Shown here: in pieces, positions 1 through 7,929 of the stretch
Numbering within the stretch: the first letter of the stretch is position 1
How the letters are laid out: every line of letters starts with the position of its first letter
From: Candidatus Woesebacteria bacterium RIFCSPHIGHO2_01_FULL_38_10
GTDB taxonomy: Bacteria > Patescibacteriota > Microgenomatia > UBA8517
Assembly: GCA_001792215.1 (NCBI GenBank)
Contig: MGGC01000040.1
Location: 3,653-61,070 of the forward strand
Direction of reading: 5' to 3'
DNA: 57,418 nucleotides
The notes under the pieces: generated by a model
Told to the model about the DNA's origin: nothing
Database searches by the model: none
What the model saw: only the letters and a program-made list of their open reading frames with translations
Program-made: the position numbers and the translations under genes

Positions 1-111
1 AACTACGTTGCCGGAAAGGTCATTCTCCCGCCGACTTATACTTTCCCAAAGCGGTGGATATTTGCAGTCCGGATCCAGTCTGTGAAGATTTTTCTGCTTG
101 AAATCCTTCAT
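1..111 (-). CDS. 5' end of an unidentified ORF running off the left edge (MKDFKQKNLHRLDPDCKYPPLWESISRRENDLSGNVV...)
   Basis: ATG at 111..109 (minus), open to position 1. Too short in-window for the ORF track. Locally more GC-rich than the surroundings. No family recognised. Confidence 0.3.
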   Translation of the reverse strand, partial: MKDFKQKNLHRLDPDCKYPPLWESISRRENDLSGNVV

Positions 112-123
112 TTTAAACTAGAT

Positions 124-337
124 ACAAGTTTCACACTTCCCTTAACAACATCTTCCTCGAAACTTGTTGCGAAGTATTATCTCTAAAAAAAGATGTTATC
201 TTTGCTTCGAGAATAACCACCTCGGATGGTGACCCGAAGGGACTCCTCCGAGATAATGTCAGTTGGCAACATCCACCTCCGAGGTGTCTGCAAAGATAGG
301 CCTGTCTACCACAGGCAGACCTGTCTTTGAAACTTGT
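124..337 (-). mobile_element. MITE-like repeat, composite copy R1 (inverted relative to copy R4)
   Basis: Termini ACAAGTTTC (124..132) and GAAACTTGT (329..337), with an extra internal GAAACTTGT at 159..167. The 50-nt core 217..266 is the reverse complement of 50879..50928 with 3 mismatches. Flanked by the direct repeat CTAGAT (118..123 and 339..344). Confidence 0.75.
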
Positions 338-338
338 G

Positions 339-2879
339 CTAGATAGAAAAACTACTCACAGCCTGTTTAAACTGATTACCTCTATCTTTATAATCTTTAA
401 ACATATCAAACGAAGAAGCGGCAGGTGAGAGAAGAATAATACCACCTTTAGAAGTATTTTTATAAGCAACTTTAATGATTTTTTTCATTGAACTAAAACC
501 TAAATCTATCAGCTTTCCCTTAAAATCTAATTTCATCAGACACTTTTTAAGAAGAGGCCCTATTTGTCCAATAAGCACAATTACCTTAACATTTTCCTTT
601 TCGGCTAAAAACTTACACATTTCCTCGTAACTCAGTTTCTTATCAAACCCGCCTAAAATCAATGTAATTGGTTTCTCGAATGACTCAACCGCGGCAATTG
701 TTGTTTGCGGGTTTGTTGAAAACGAATCATTATAGAAAGATGCATCGGCAATTCTGCCAACCAACTCGAGTCTGTGTTCCAATCCCTTAAAAGAAAACAC
801 AGTTTTTTTAATTGAATCAACATCTGCACCAGCTAGATATGAGGCACAAACAGAAGCACAAACATTTTCCCAGTTATGTTCTCCTCGTAACAATAAATCC
901 TTCGTACCGCCTATTTTACATCCCGCATTATCTATTTTTAAAATAATCTTCCCTTTTTCCACATAACATCCACTAACCCTCTTTTTCTTACTAAAGTAAT
1001 ACTCTTTCGCGCAAGATAGCCTTGAAAAACTTTTTGAACAAGAATAATCGTAGTTTAAAACCGCATAATCACATCTTTCTTGATAATTAACAATATTTTT
1101 CTTTGCGTCTATATACTCTTTTCTATCTTTGTGCCAGTCCATATGATCCTCAGTAATATTTAGAACTACAGCAATATGGGGGCTTTGTGTCATATCAATA
1201 AGCTGAAAAGAAGATAATTCTAAAACTACCCAACTTTCGGGTTTGAGTTTTGGCAACAATTTCAACATTGGCGCACCAATATTTCCTGCCAAGTGCACAT
1301 CCTTCTTAGCTTTTTTAAGAATTTGATAAATTAAAGTGGCCGTCGTCCCCTTGCCTTTTGTTCCTGTAACACCAATAATTTTGCTAGGACAAAGATCAAA
1401 AAATAATTTCACTGCCGAAGTTATTCCAACTCCTTTATTCTCAGCATCAATAATCTCCGGTAAATACCTGTAAACACCTGGAGAACGAACTATTGCATCG
1501 TACTCTATTAATCCGCGGACAATATAATTATCTCCGCATACAAACTCAACTTTCCTACTCTTAACACCAGTGAGATCAAGTTCATTTTTAGGCTTTTTAT
1601 CATAAACCGTGACATGAGCGCCCTTTTTTTGTAAAAAACCAACAGCATCTTTTCCCTCTAAGCCAAATCCCAATACTGCAACTTTTTTTCCTTTGTACTC
1701 GTGTTTTCTCATGAAGATTCCGGGGATAGGAAAAATTTTTTTACTATCTTTATAAACAGTTCTTATTTCGTATAATCTTTTTTTACGAAGCTCAATTTGA
1801 CGAGGATGTCTGAATTCTTTAATCTCTTTTTCTTCAAAGCCCAGTAAAAATACTTCCGGCACTAATTCTATGCCCAATTCTTTTTTGGCCTTCTTATAAA
1901 TTATCTTCATAACTGCAAGGTAGTCTTTTGCAGTTGCTTTACCTTCATTAACAATGAAATTGTGATGATCTTTTGAAATAGTAGCATCACCAATCTTAAA
2001 TCCTGTCATCTTTAAAAGATGTTCTATTACAAAACCAATACTTGTTGTTGGAATTCCAAGCTTTTCTTTCTGCCCTTGAGTTAAATTATGAAAAGCACAA
2101 CCAGGAGCATTTCTTGGTTGTAAACTTTTTCTCTTAGCCCATTCATTATGTATATATTTTGCTTTTTCAGCATCTCCTTTATAAAGCAGAAATGTTGCGT
2201 CAAGAATTATTTCTCCAGTCTCTTGAAAGCGACTTCTGTCATAATCTACCCCCAACTCTTCAATACTTAATGTGTGCGTTCCACCTTGTAAGTCAAGGAC
2301 AGTTACTGTATCTATAACTTCGCTTATAAAATGAGTACCGCCATGGATGTTATTAAAAATAGCTCCACCTATCTTTCCCGGAATCCCGGCATACCACTGT
2401 AATCCGGTTATCCCTCTTTCCAGCAAAAAATCCGTAGCGTTGGGGAGATTTACTCCGCCTTCCATTCTCACCCGAATACGAGGTTTATCACTTTCATCAT
2501 AATCTAAATCTTTAAATTCATATTTAAAAGTTCCGACCTTATCATCCGATTCCCAACGATAGACCGGCTTTTTAATCTTTTGAAAATTTGCTTCTACCTT
2601 TGGTTCACCGAAAATTTCAATTTTGTCTGAACTCTCAACTAAGACTAAGCCTCTAATTCCAGAATCCGATATCAAAACATTACTTCCATCTCCAAGAATG
2701 GTTACAGGTATGTCTAGCTGTCTTGCTTCAATAATGGCTTTTTTAAAATCGTTGACAGACTTGGCTTCATAAAAAATATCAGCCGGTCCGCCAATCTTTA
2801 AGAACGTGTGTCTAGTTAGAGATTTGTTTAATTTTGCTCTACTCCCAAGTTTCTCTTTTAATTTCTTAATGTTACTCAT
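339..2879 (-). CDS. murB/murD: Fusion protein: UDP-N-acetylenolpyruvoylglucosamine reductase (MurB, N-terminal ~385 aa) + UDP-N-acetylmuramoyl-L-alanine:D-glutamate ligase (MurD, C-terminal ~450 aa)
   Basis: 846-aa ORF. The N-terminus has MurB FAD-binding motifs (FLKIGGPADIF, ILGDGSNVLISD, GIPGKIGGAIFNN). From ~aa 395 it has the MurD Rossmann fold (KKVAVLGFGLEGKD) and the Mur ligase P-loop GVTGTKGKGTT. The MurB part carries a ~45-aa insert (EPKVEANFQ...DESDKPR) relative to S. aureus MurB as recalled. Confidence 0.85.
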   Translation of the reverse strand: MSNIKKLKEKLGSRAKLNKSLTRHTFLKIGGPADIFYEAKSVNDFKKAIIEARQLDIPVTILGDGSNVLISDSGIRGLVLVESSDKIEIFGEPKVEANFQKIKKPVYRWESDDKVGTFKYEFKDLDYDESDKPRIRVRMEGGVNLPNATDFLLERGITGLQWYAGIPGKIGGAIFNNIHGGTHFISEVIDTVTVLDLQGGTHTLSIEELGVDYDRSRFQETGEIILDATFLLYKGDAEKAKYIHNEWAKRKSLQPRNAPGCAFHNLTQGQKEKLGIPTTSIGFVIEHLLKMTGFKIGDATISKDHHNFIVNEGKATAKDYLAVMKIIYKKAKKELGIELVPEVFLLGFEEKEIKEFRHPRQIELRKKRLYEIRTVYKDSKKIFPIPGIFMRKHEYKGKKVAVLGFGLEGKDAVGFLQKKGAHVTVYDKKPKNELDLTGVKSRKVEFVCGDNYIVRGLIEYDAIVRSPGVYRYLPEIIDAENKGVGITSAVKLFFDLCPSKIIGVTGTKGKGTTATLIYQILKKAKKDVHLAGNIGAPMLKLLPKLKPESWVVLELSSFQLIDMTQSPHIAVVLNITEDHMDWHKDRKEYIDAKKNIVNYQERCDYAVLNYDYSCSKSFSRLSCAKEYYFSKKKRVSGCYVEKGKIILKIDNAGCKIGGTKDLLLRGEHNWENVCASVCASYLAGADVDSIKKTVFSFKGLEHRLELVGRIADASFYNDSFSTNPQTTIAAVESFEKPITLILGGFDKKLSYEEMCKFLAEKENVKVIVLIGQIGPLLKKCLMKLDFKGKLIDLGFSSMKKIIKVAYKNTSKGGIILLSPAASSFDMFKDYKDRGNQFKQAVSSFSI

Positions 2880-2915
2880 AGATCTTAGTTATCCAGCATC
2901 TGGCCAAAATCTGTC

Positions 2916-4316
2916 CTATAGACATCCCAAAATCTCTCTTGCCCATTTGTAGCTGTAGCCTGCACCCATCACGATAACAACGTCCCCTTTTTTAACCTCT
3001 TTTTTAACTCTATATGCAATTTGGACTGGCGAGGGAATGAATTTTATATCCTTGTGACCCGAAACTTTTACAATCGAGTGACTACTCACGCCAAACTTTT
3101 CCTTATCTCTTGCTTTAAATATTGGACCTATTATTACTTTATCTGAATCAGCAAAAACTCCTTTATATTTTTTAAGGAGCGCTTTTGTTCTTGAAAAGGA
3201 GTGTGGCTCGTAAATAACCCAGATACGATTCCCTGGGTGTTTTTGGCGAAGGGCTTCAATTGTAAGTTTGACTGCTGTTGGATGATGGGCGTAATCATCG
3301 TATAGTTTAACGCCCCTCTTTTCTCCGATCAACTCAAGTCTTCTACTGACTCCCTTAAAAGAACGAAGAGCCTTTTTAATAACTTGTGAATTTATCCCAA
3401 TAAACTTGGCCAAAATCACAACACCCGCAGCATTTGCAACATTATATTCTCCGGGAATACTTAAATAATATATATTATTTAAGTCTAGGTCCTTCGATTC
3501 CAATAAAAAGGTTGTTCCTTTGCAGTCTTTACTTTTAATTGTCATTTTTATTAATTTGACGAGGCGAAATTTCTTCATCTTGAAAGTGTAACCATAAATC
3601 CTAAGCGATTTGAGAAACTTACCAGGAAGTGTCGATAAGAGCTTTTTTACACCGGGTGAGTCAGCATTAACAATCAACATTTTTTCTCCCTTAAGCCTCT
3701 TTACGAACTTGGCGAAACTTTCAATGACCTTTTCTTCAGAGGAAAAATAATCCGGGTGGTCAAATTCAATATTATTTATAACTATAAACTGGGGGGTATA
3801 GTTAAAAAAATTATCATAAAATTCATCAGCCTCGGTGACAAAATACTCTCCCTTGCCAAATCTATAATTGGCCCTCCACTTTTTAACTTGGGCGCCGATA
3901 ACAACCGAAGGATCAAGAGAGGCTTTTTCTAAAAGAAGGCCTGCTAAAGCTGTTGTTGTCGATTTTCCATGTGTCCCGGCAACACAAATTACTTTTTTCC
4001 CTTTATGCAAAAAGTCTCCTAAAAATTTTTCCCAGGTAACTAGAATTCCTTTCTTTTCAGCCTCTCTTACCTCAGGCTGTTGGGGTTTTTTATATAAAAC
4101 TGCAGGTGAAACTACAACTAAATCCACATTTTTAAGGTGTTTTTCATCATGCCCAAAAAATACTTCTCCAATTTCTCTCCTGACTTGGGAAATGTAGGCT
4201 GTTTTAGCTTCCAAATCACAACCGCTCACTTCAAATCCAATCCTTTTTGCGATTAAGGAAACTGCCGAATTACCACTCCCACCAATACCTATAAAATGAA
4301 TCTTTTTTGTCCTCAT
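2916..4316 (-). CDS. murC: UDP-N-acetylmuramate:L-alanine ligase
   Basis: 466 aa. N-terminus KIHFIGIGGSGNSAVSLIA, P-loop GTHGKSTTT, DDYAHHP motif. Confidence 0.9.
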   Translation of the reverse strand: MRTKKIHFIGIGGSGNSAVSLIAKRIGFEVSGCDLEAKTAYISQVRREIGEVFFGHDEKHLKNVDLVVVSPAVLYKKPQQPEVREAEKKGILVTWEKFLGDFLHKGKKVICVAGTHGKSTTTALAGLLLEKASLDPSVVIGAQVKKWRANYRFGKGEYFVTEADEFYDNFFNYTPQFIVINNIEFDHPDYFSSEEKVIESFAKFVKRLKGEKMLIVNADSPGVKKLLSTLPGKFLKSLRIYGYTFKMKKFRLVKLIKMTIKSKDCKGTTFLLESKDLDLNNIYYLSIPGEYNVANAAGVVILAKFIGINSQVIKKALRSFKGVSRRLELIGEKRGVKLYDDYAHHPTAVKLTIEALRQKHPGNRIWVIYEPHSFSRTKALLKKYKGVFADSDKVIIGPIFKARDKEKFGVSSHSIVKVSGHKDIKFIPSPVQIAYRVKKEVKKGDVVIVMGAGYSYKWAREILGCL

Positions 4317-4321
4317 CTTGC

Positions 4322-6607
4322 TTAAATGACTGTCTGGGTAAGAATTCTCCTCATTTTCTTGTCAGCGTAGGCCAACTGCTCAGGTGTATTAACTCCCATC
4401 CATTGATCCTGATCTTTAAGATTAAAAACACACACTTTTTTCCCCTGACCAACTGCAATTTTCACTAAGTCAACAATATAATATTCCCCGCTTGCACTTT
4501 TTTCTATCCTACTAACATTTCCTTTAAGCCAGGAAATATCGAAAACATAAAGGCCGCAATTTACCTCTTTAATCTTTTTTTCTTCTTTTTTAGCTTCTTT
4601 TTCCTCAACAATTCTTAAAAATTTATAAGATCTGTCTCTCACAACCCTGCCCAAACCAGTTGGATCAGAAATTTTAAGGCTTGTAAAAGTAACAGTGGAT
4701 TTTTCTTTTTTATGTAGCTCAATAATCCTAGATAAAGTCTCAGGTCTGTAGAAAGCACTATCATCACCATTAAGAACTACTAAAGATTGTCTATTGGTAG
4801 GAATAACTTTTAATGCTTTTGCTAATGCGTCACCTGTACCCAAAGACCTTGGCTGGAATACATAATCGCATCCATTCCCGAAATAATCTTTAACAGTATC
4901 TTTTTGAAATCCGACAACTATTATAATTCTTCCAAATCCTGTCCGACGAAGCGTTGAAAGAGTATAGGATAACATCGGTTTACCGGCAATTTCATTTATT
5001 ACCTTTTGTCGATCTGATTTCATTCTTATACCTCGACCAGCAGCCAGAACGACAGCGGTCAAATTTTTATCCAAATTCATTGTTTCTATAGCTTGATGAT
5101 CCGACCAAGGATGCTCGACAGAATCGTAAGCCATACTTCTCTCATGCCCCTTTCCACATATAACAATCGTGTCGCCTTTTTGAGCAATTTTATTAATCAC
5201 AAACGCTATTGCTTCCCCACGTTCAGGTATTCTAACAAAGACATGTTTTTTACCCCTTCGATGATTCGAACCATCGTAGTCTTTGAACATAATTTCTTTT
5301 GCTTTTGTTTTTTTTGCTCCTTTAACTATTTCAGATATAATTCTACTAACATCCTCATGCCGCGGATCTTCGCTGGTAAAGATAGAAATATCTGCAATAC
5401 GGGATGAAATCTCTCCCATCAGTGGTCTTTTAGCAACATCGCGTTCTCCAGCACAACCGAAAATTGCGATAAGCTTTCCTTTTTTGCTCTGGAAATCCAG
5501 CCTTCTTCTCAAAAGCGTGAGAACTTTCTCTAATGAATTGGGAGTGTGGGCAAAATCAACAAAAACTTCCAAACCGGCTTTACTCTTAACTCTTTCAAGT
5601 CTACCGGGTAGTGCTTTAAAAGTTTTTATTGCCTTCTGAATACTCTCAATAGAAATACCGTAACCAAGCGCTGCTGCCATTGACGCTAAAATGTTTGAGA
5701 CGTTGTAATCGCCTAAAAGTTTTGTTTTTATCTGAAAAGTTTTATCCCAAAGACAAACATCAAAACTCATCCCACCCTCTGAAAACTTAATGTTTCTTGC
5801 CAGTATATCTACGCCTTTACCTTCCGCCAATCCGTAGGAGGTAATTTTTGAATTGGCGTTCATTCCTTGGGAGATACTTAAAAAACAGTTGTCATCGGCA
5901 TTAAGGACTGCGTAGTTAACACTTTCAAAAAGTTTTGATTTTGCTTTTTGGTAACTTTCGAAAGTTTTGTGGTAATCAAGGTGTTCGTGAGTAATATTTG
6001 TCAAAACCCCTGTATCAAAATTAACTCCCGTAACTCTTTCCTGATCCAGTCCGTGAGAAGTCACCTCGACAACTGCATATTCGCACATCTGTCTAACCAT
6101 TTCAGAAAAAATTCTCTGAAGAACTAAAGGTTCCGGATTGGTTACGTGTAAACCGGTGTTAAATTTCTTTTTTCCAATTTTTGCTCCAATTGTGCTTATT
6201 AAACCAACTTTTTTACCCGCTTGCAAAAGTAGATGATCGATAAGACTGGCTGTGGTAGTCTTCCCATCCGTACCGGTAACTCCTATTATTTTTAACTTTG
6301 AAGAAGGGTGATCATACCAAGCTGAAGCAAGATAGGATAGAGCTTTTCTAGAATTATCAACACGAACATAAGTCACTCTCTTTAACCACTCAGTTTTGGG
6401 TTTGAGCATTCCTACAATTGCCACCACACCTCCCTTTATAGCCTGATCTACAAACTCATGACCATTATAATTCGCCCCTTTAACAGCCACGAAAAGATAT
6501 CCCTTTTTAACTTTTCGAGAATCATCAACAATTGAACGAATACTGATTTTCTGGGATCCATAAACCTGGAAACTTCTAAGAGATTTAAGAAGATATGATA
6601 ATCTCAT
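4322..6607 (-). CDS. murE: Fusion protein: MurE-type UDP-MurNAc-tripeptide synthetase (N-terminal ~520 aa) + GlmU-N-terminal-like sugar-1-phosphate nucleotidyltransferase domain (C-terminal ~245 aa)
   Basis: The ORF track gives 4322..6649. The ATG at 6607 (MRLSYLLKSL...) removes the overlap with murA. MurE motifs: GVTGTDGKTTT and DNSRKAL. The C-terminal domain reads AVVLAAGRGIRMKSDRQKV...LGTGDA...GEYYIVD, as in the GlmU uridyltransferase domain, with no hexapeptide acetyltransferase part. Confidence 0.85.
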   Translation of the reverse strand: MRLSYLLKSLRSFQVYGSQKISIRSIVDDSRKVKKGYLFVAVKGANYNGHEFVDQAIKGGVVAIVGMLKPKTEWLKRVTYVRVDNSRKALSYLASAWYDHPSSKLKIIGVTGTDGKTTTASLIDHLLLQAGKKVGLISTIGAKIGKKKFNTGLHVTNPEPLVLQRIFSEMVRQMCEYAVVEVTSHGLDQERVTGVNFDTGVLTNITHEHLDYHKTFESYQKAKSKLFESVNYAVLNADDNCFLSISQGMNANSKITSYGLAEGKGVDILARNIKFSEGGMSFDVCLWDKTFQIKTKLLGDYNVSNILASMAAALGYGISIESIQKAIKTFKALPGRLERVKSKAGLEVFVDFAHTPNSLEKVLTLLRRRLDFQSKKGKLIAIFGCAGERDVAKRPLMGEISSRIADISIFTSEDPRHEDVSRIISEIVKGAKKTKAKEIMFKDYDGSNHRRGKKHVFVRIPERGEAIAFVINKIAQKGDTIVICGKGHERSMAYDSVEHPWSDHQAIETMNLDKNLTAVVLAAGRGIRMKSDRQKVINEIAGKPMLSYTLSTLRRTGFGRIIIVVGFQKDTVKDYFGNGCDYVFQPRSLGTGDALAKALKVIPTNRQSLVVLNGDDSAFYRPETLSRIIELHKKEKSTVTFTSLKISDPTGLGRVVRDRSYKFLRIVEEKEAKKEEKKIKEVNCGLYVFDISWLKGNVSRIEKSASGEYYIVDLVKIAVGQGKKVCVFNLKDQDQWMGVNTPEQLAYADKKMRRILTQTVI

Positions 6608-6620
6608 AAAGATAGAAGTA

Positions 6621-7919
6621 TTATTCGACTTCCTCGATTTCAGCTCCAAGCATCTTTAGGTTTTCGGAAAAATGGGGGTGCCCCCGATACAGAGCATCCG
6701 CATTAAGAATTAATGATTCTCCTTCGGCAATCATCACAGCCATTACCATTGCAACTACTGCTCGGATTATGTACGGTGCCTCTAAAGTTGCACTAGTGAG
6801 TTTTTGCCCCGCAATTACAATTATTCTGTGAGGGTCGCACATTACGATATTTGCTCCCAGCTTGTTAAGCTCGCTTGTCCAAAAAAGTCCAGCTTCGTAC
6901 ATCCAATTGTGAAACAACGCTTGGCCTTTTTTAGCCGAAAGGGCAATTGGGATAAAAATCGGTAAAAGGTCAACAGGCAGCGCCGGCCATGGTTGTGCTT
7001 TTATTGTTAGAATGCGCCTGCCTTCCTCTTCAGATTTAATTTGAATCTTTTGATTTGCCTCAAGAATGGCTGTCTCGCCTTTATAATAAATATTAATATT
7101 AAATTTTGAAAAAATTTCGTTTATCTGATGAAAAAGAAAGGGTAACGCATGATGAACTTTTATTCTCCCGCCTGTTACCGCAGCCATCGCCAGAAAAGTT
7201 GCGATTTCGTAGTGATCACTAAAAAGACTGTGGTCAACCCCGGAAAATTCTCCTACACCCTCTATCTCCAAAACGTTTGATCCAATCCCTTGTATTTTTA
7301 CACCAGCAGAACTTAAAAAATTACAAAGGTCTTGAACCTGTGGCTCAGAGGCAGCCCCGACTATCCTGGTTTTACCTTTGAGATTAGAAGCAAGCATAAG
7401 AGCGTTTCCTGTCGCAGTTGGACTCATTTCAGAAAGCCAAAATTCGCTTCCGTTTGCCTTTGTCGCATCCATTTTTACTCCATGAGAGGTTTCTTGAATT
7501 TTTACTCCCAAGTGCCTAAAAGCATCGTAATGGGGAAATAGCGTTCTAAAACCTAAAGTACATCCTCCGGGTAATTCATCAAAATTCACCTTTCTAAATC
7601 TGGCAAGCATTGGTCCCCAAAGAAGCGATGTTCCGCGCATATTGCCAAGATCATCCTTACTTATGTTATTAAAAGATAGTTCAGAATTATCAATCTTCAT
7701 CTCTTTCTCCTTTCTATTCCACTCAATTTTACTTCCCAGCTTCTTCATTATCGTAAGAAGTCTTTCAACATCTGAAACCTCAGGTACATTTCTTAAAATC
7801 ACTTCTTGATTAAACATTAGCGATGCTGGAAGAAGAAAGACAATGGAATTTTTGCTACCGGAAGGATATACTTCTCCAGAAAGTTTTTGTTTTCCTTTTA
7901 CGCGGATATTCACAGGCAA
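6621..7919 (-). CDS. murA: UDP-N-acetylglucosamine 1-carboxyvinyltransferase
   Basis: MurA-like from ...VNIRVKGKQKLSGEVYPSGSKNS onward. The ORF-track N-terminal extension to 8213 overlaps ftsI and is not MurA-like. The probable start is TTG at 7919 (or ATT/ATA at 7922/7928), just after the ftsI stop (TAG, 7932..7930). Confidence 0.85.
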   Translation of the reverse strand: MPVNIRVKGKQKLSGEVYPSGSKNSIVFLLPASLMFNQEVILRNVPEVSDVERLLTIMKKLGSKIEWNRKEKEMKIDNSELSFNNISKDDLGNMRGTSLLWGPMLARFRKVNFDELPGGCTLGFRTLFPHYDAFRHLGVKIQETSHGVKMDATKANGSEFWLSEMSPTATGNALMLASNLKGKTRIVGAASEPQVQDLCNFLSSAGVKIQGIGSNVLEIEGVGEFSGVDHSLFSDHYEIATFLAMAAVTGGRIKVHHALPFLFHQINEIFSKFNINIYYKGETAILEANQKIQIKSEEEGRRILTIKAQPWPALPVDLLPIFIPIALSAKKGQALFHNWMYEAGLFWTSELNKLGANIVMCDPHRIIVIAGQKLTSATLEAPYIIRAVVAMVMAVMIAEGESLILNADALYRGHPHFSENLKMLGAEIEEVE

Positions 7920-7929
7920 AATAAGTATA

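Noticed and set aside
124-337. Whether the repeated GC-rich units form a CRISPR array.
   Set aside because: The copies are dispersed tens of kb apart, occur in both orientations and have different lengths. There is no regular repeat-spacer periodicity and no cas genes in the window.
3868-4197. Plus-strand ORFs of 60-140 aa nested antisense inside long minus-strand genes. Examples: 3868..4197, 5093..5407, 5283..5639, 7332..7541, 10163..10381, 12072..12384, 13572..13832, 14224..14816, 17400..17600, 18277..18492, 18966..19741, 20334..20660, 22317..22547, 23128..23370, 23744..23968, 24460..24702, 25454..25669, 26468..26836, 27324..27674, 28770..29024, 30416..30838, 36043..36243, 41008..41566, 44869..45597, 48592..48813, 49714..49908, 50050..50749, 51409..51772, 52339..53261, 54702..54923, 56963..57145.
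   Set aside because: Each lies wholly within a minus-strand gene with clear family motifs. Their translations are low-complexity (F/L/S/K/I-rich), as expected from the antisense of AT-rich coding DNA. None shows a recognisable domain.
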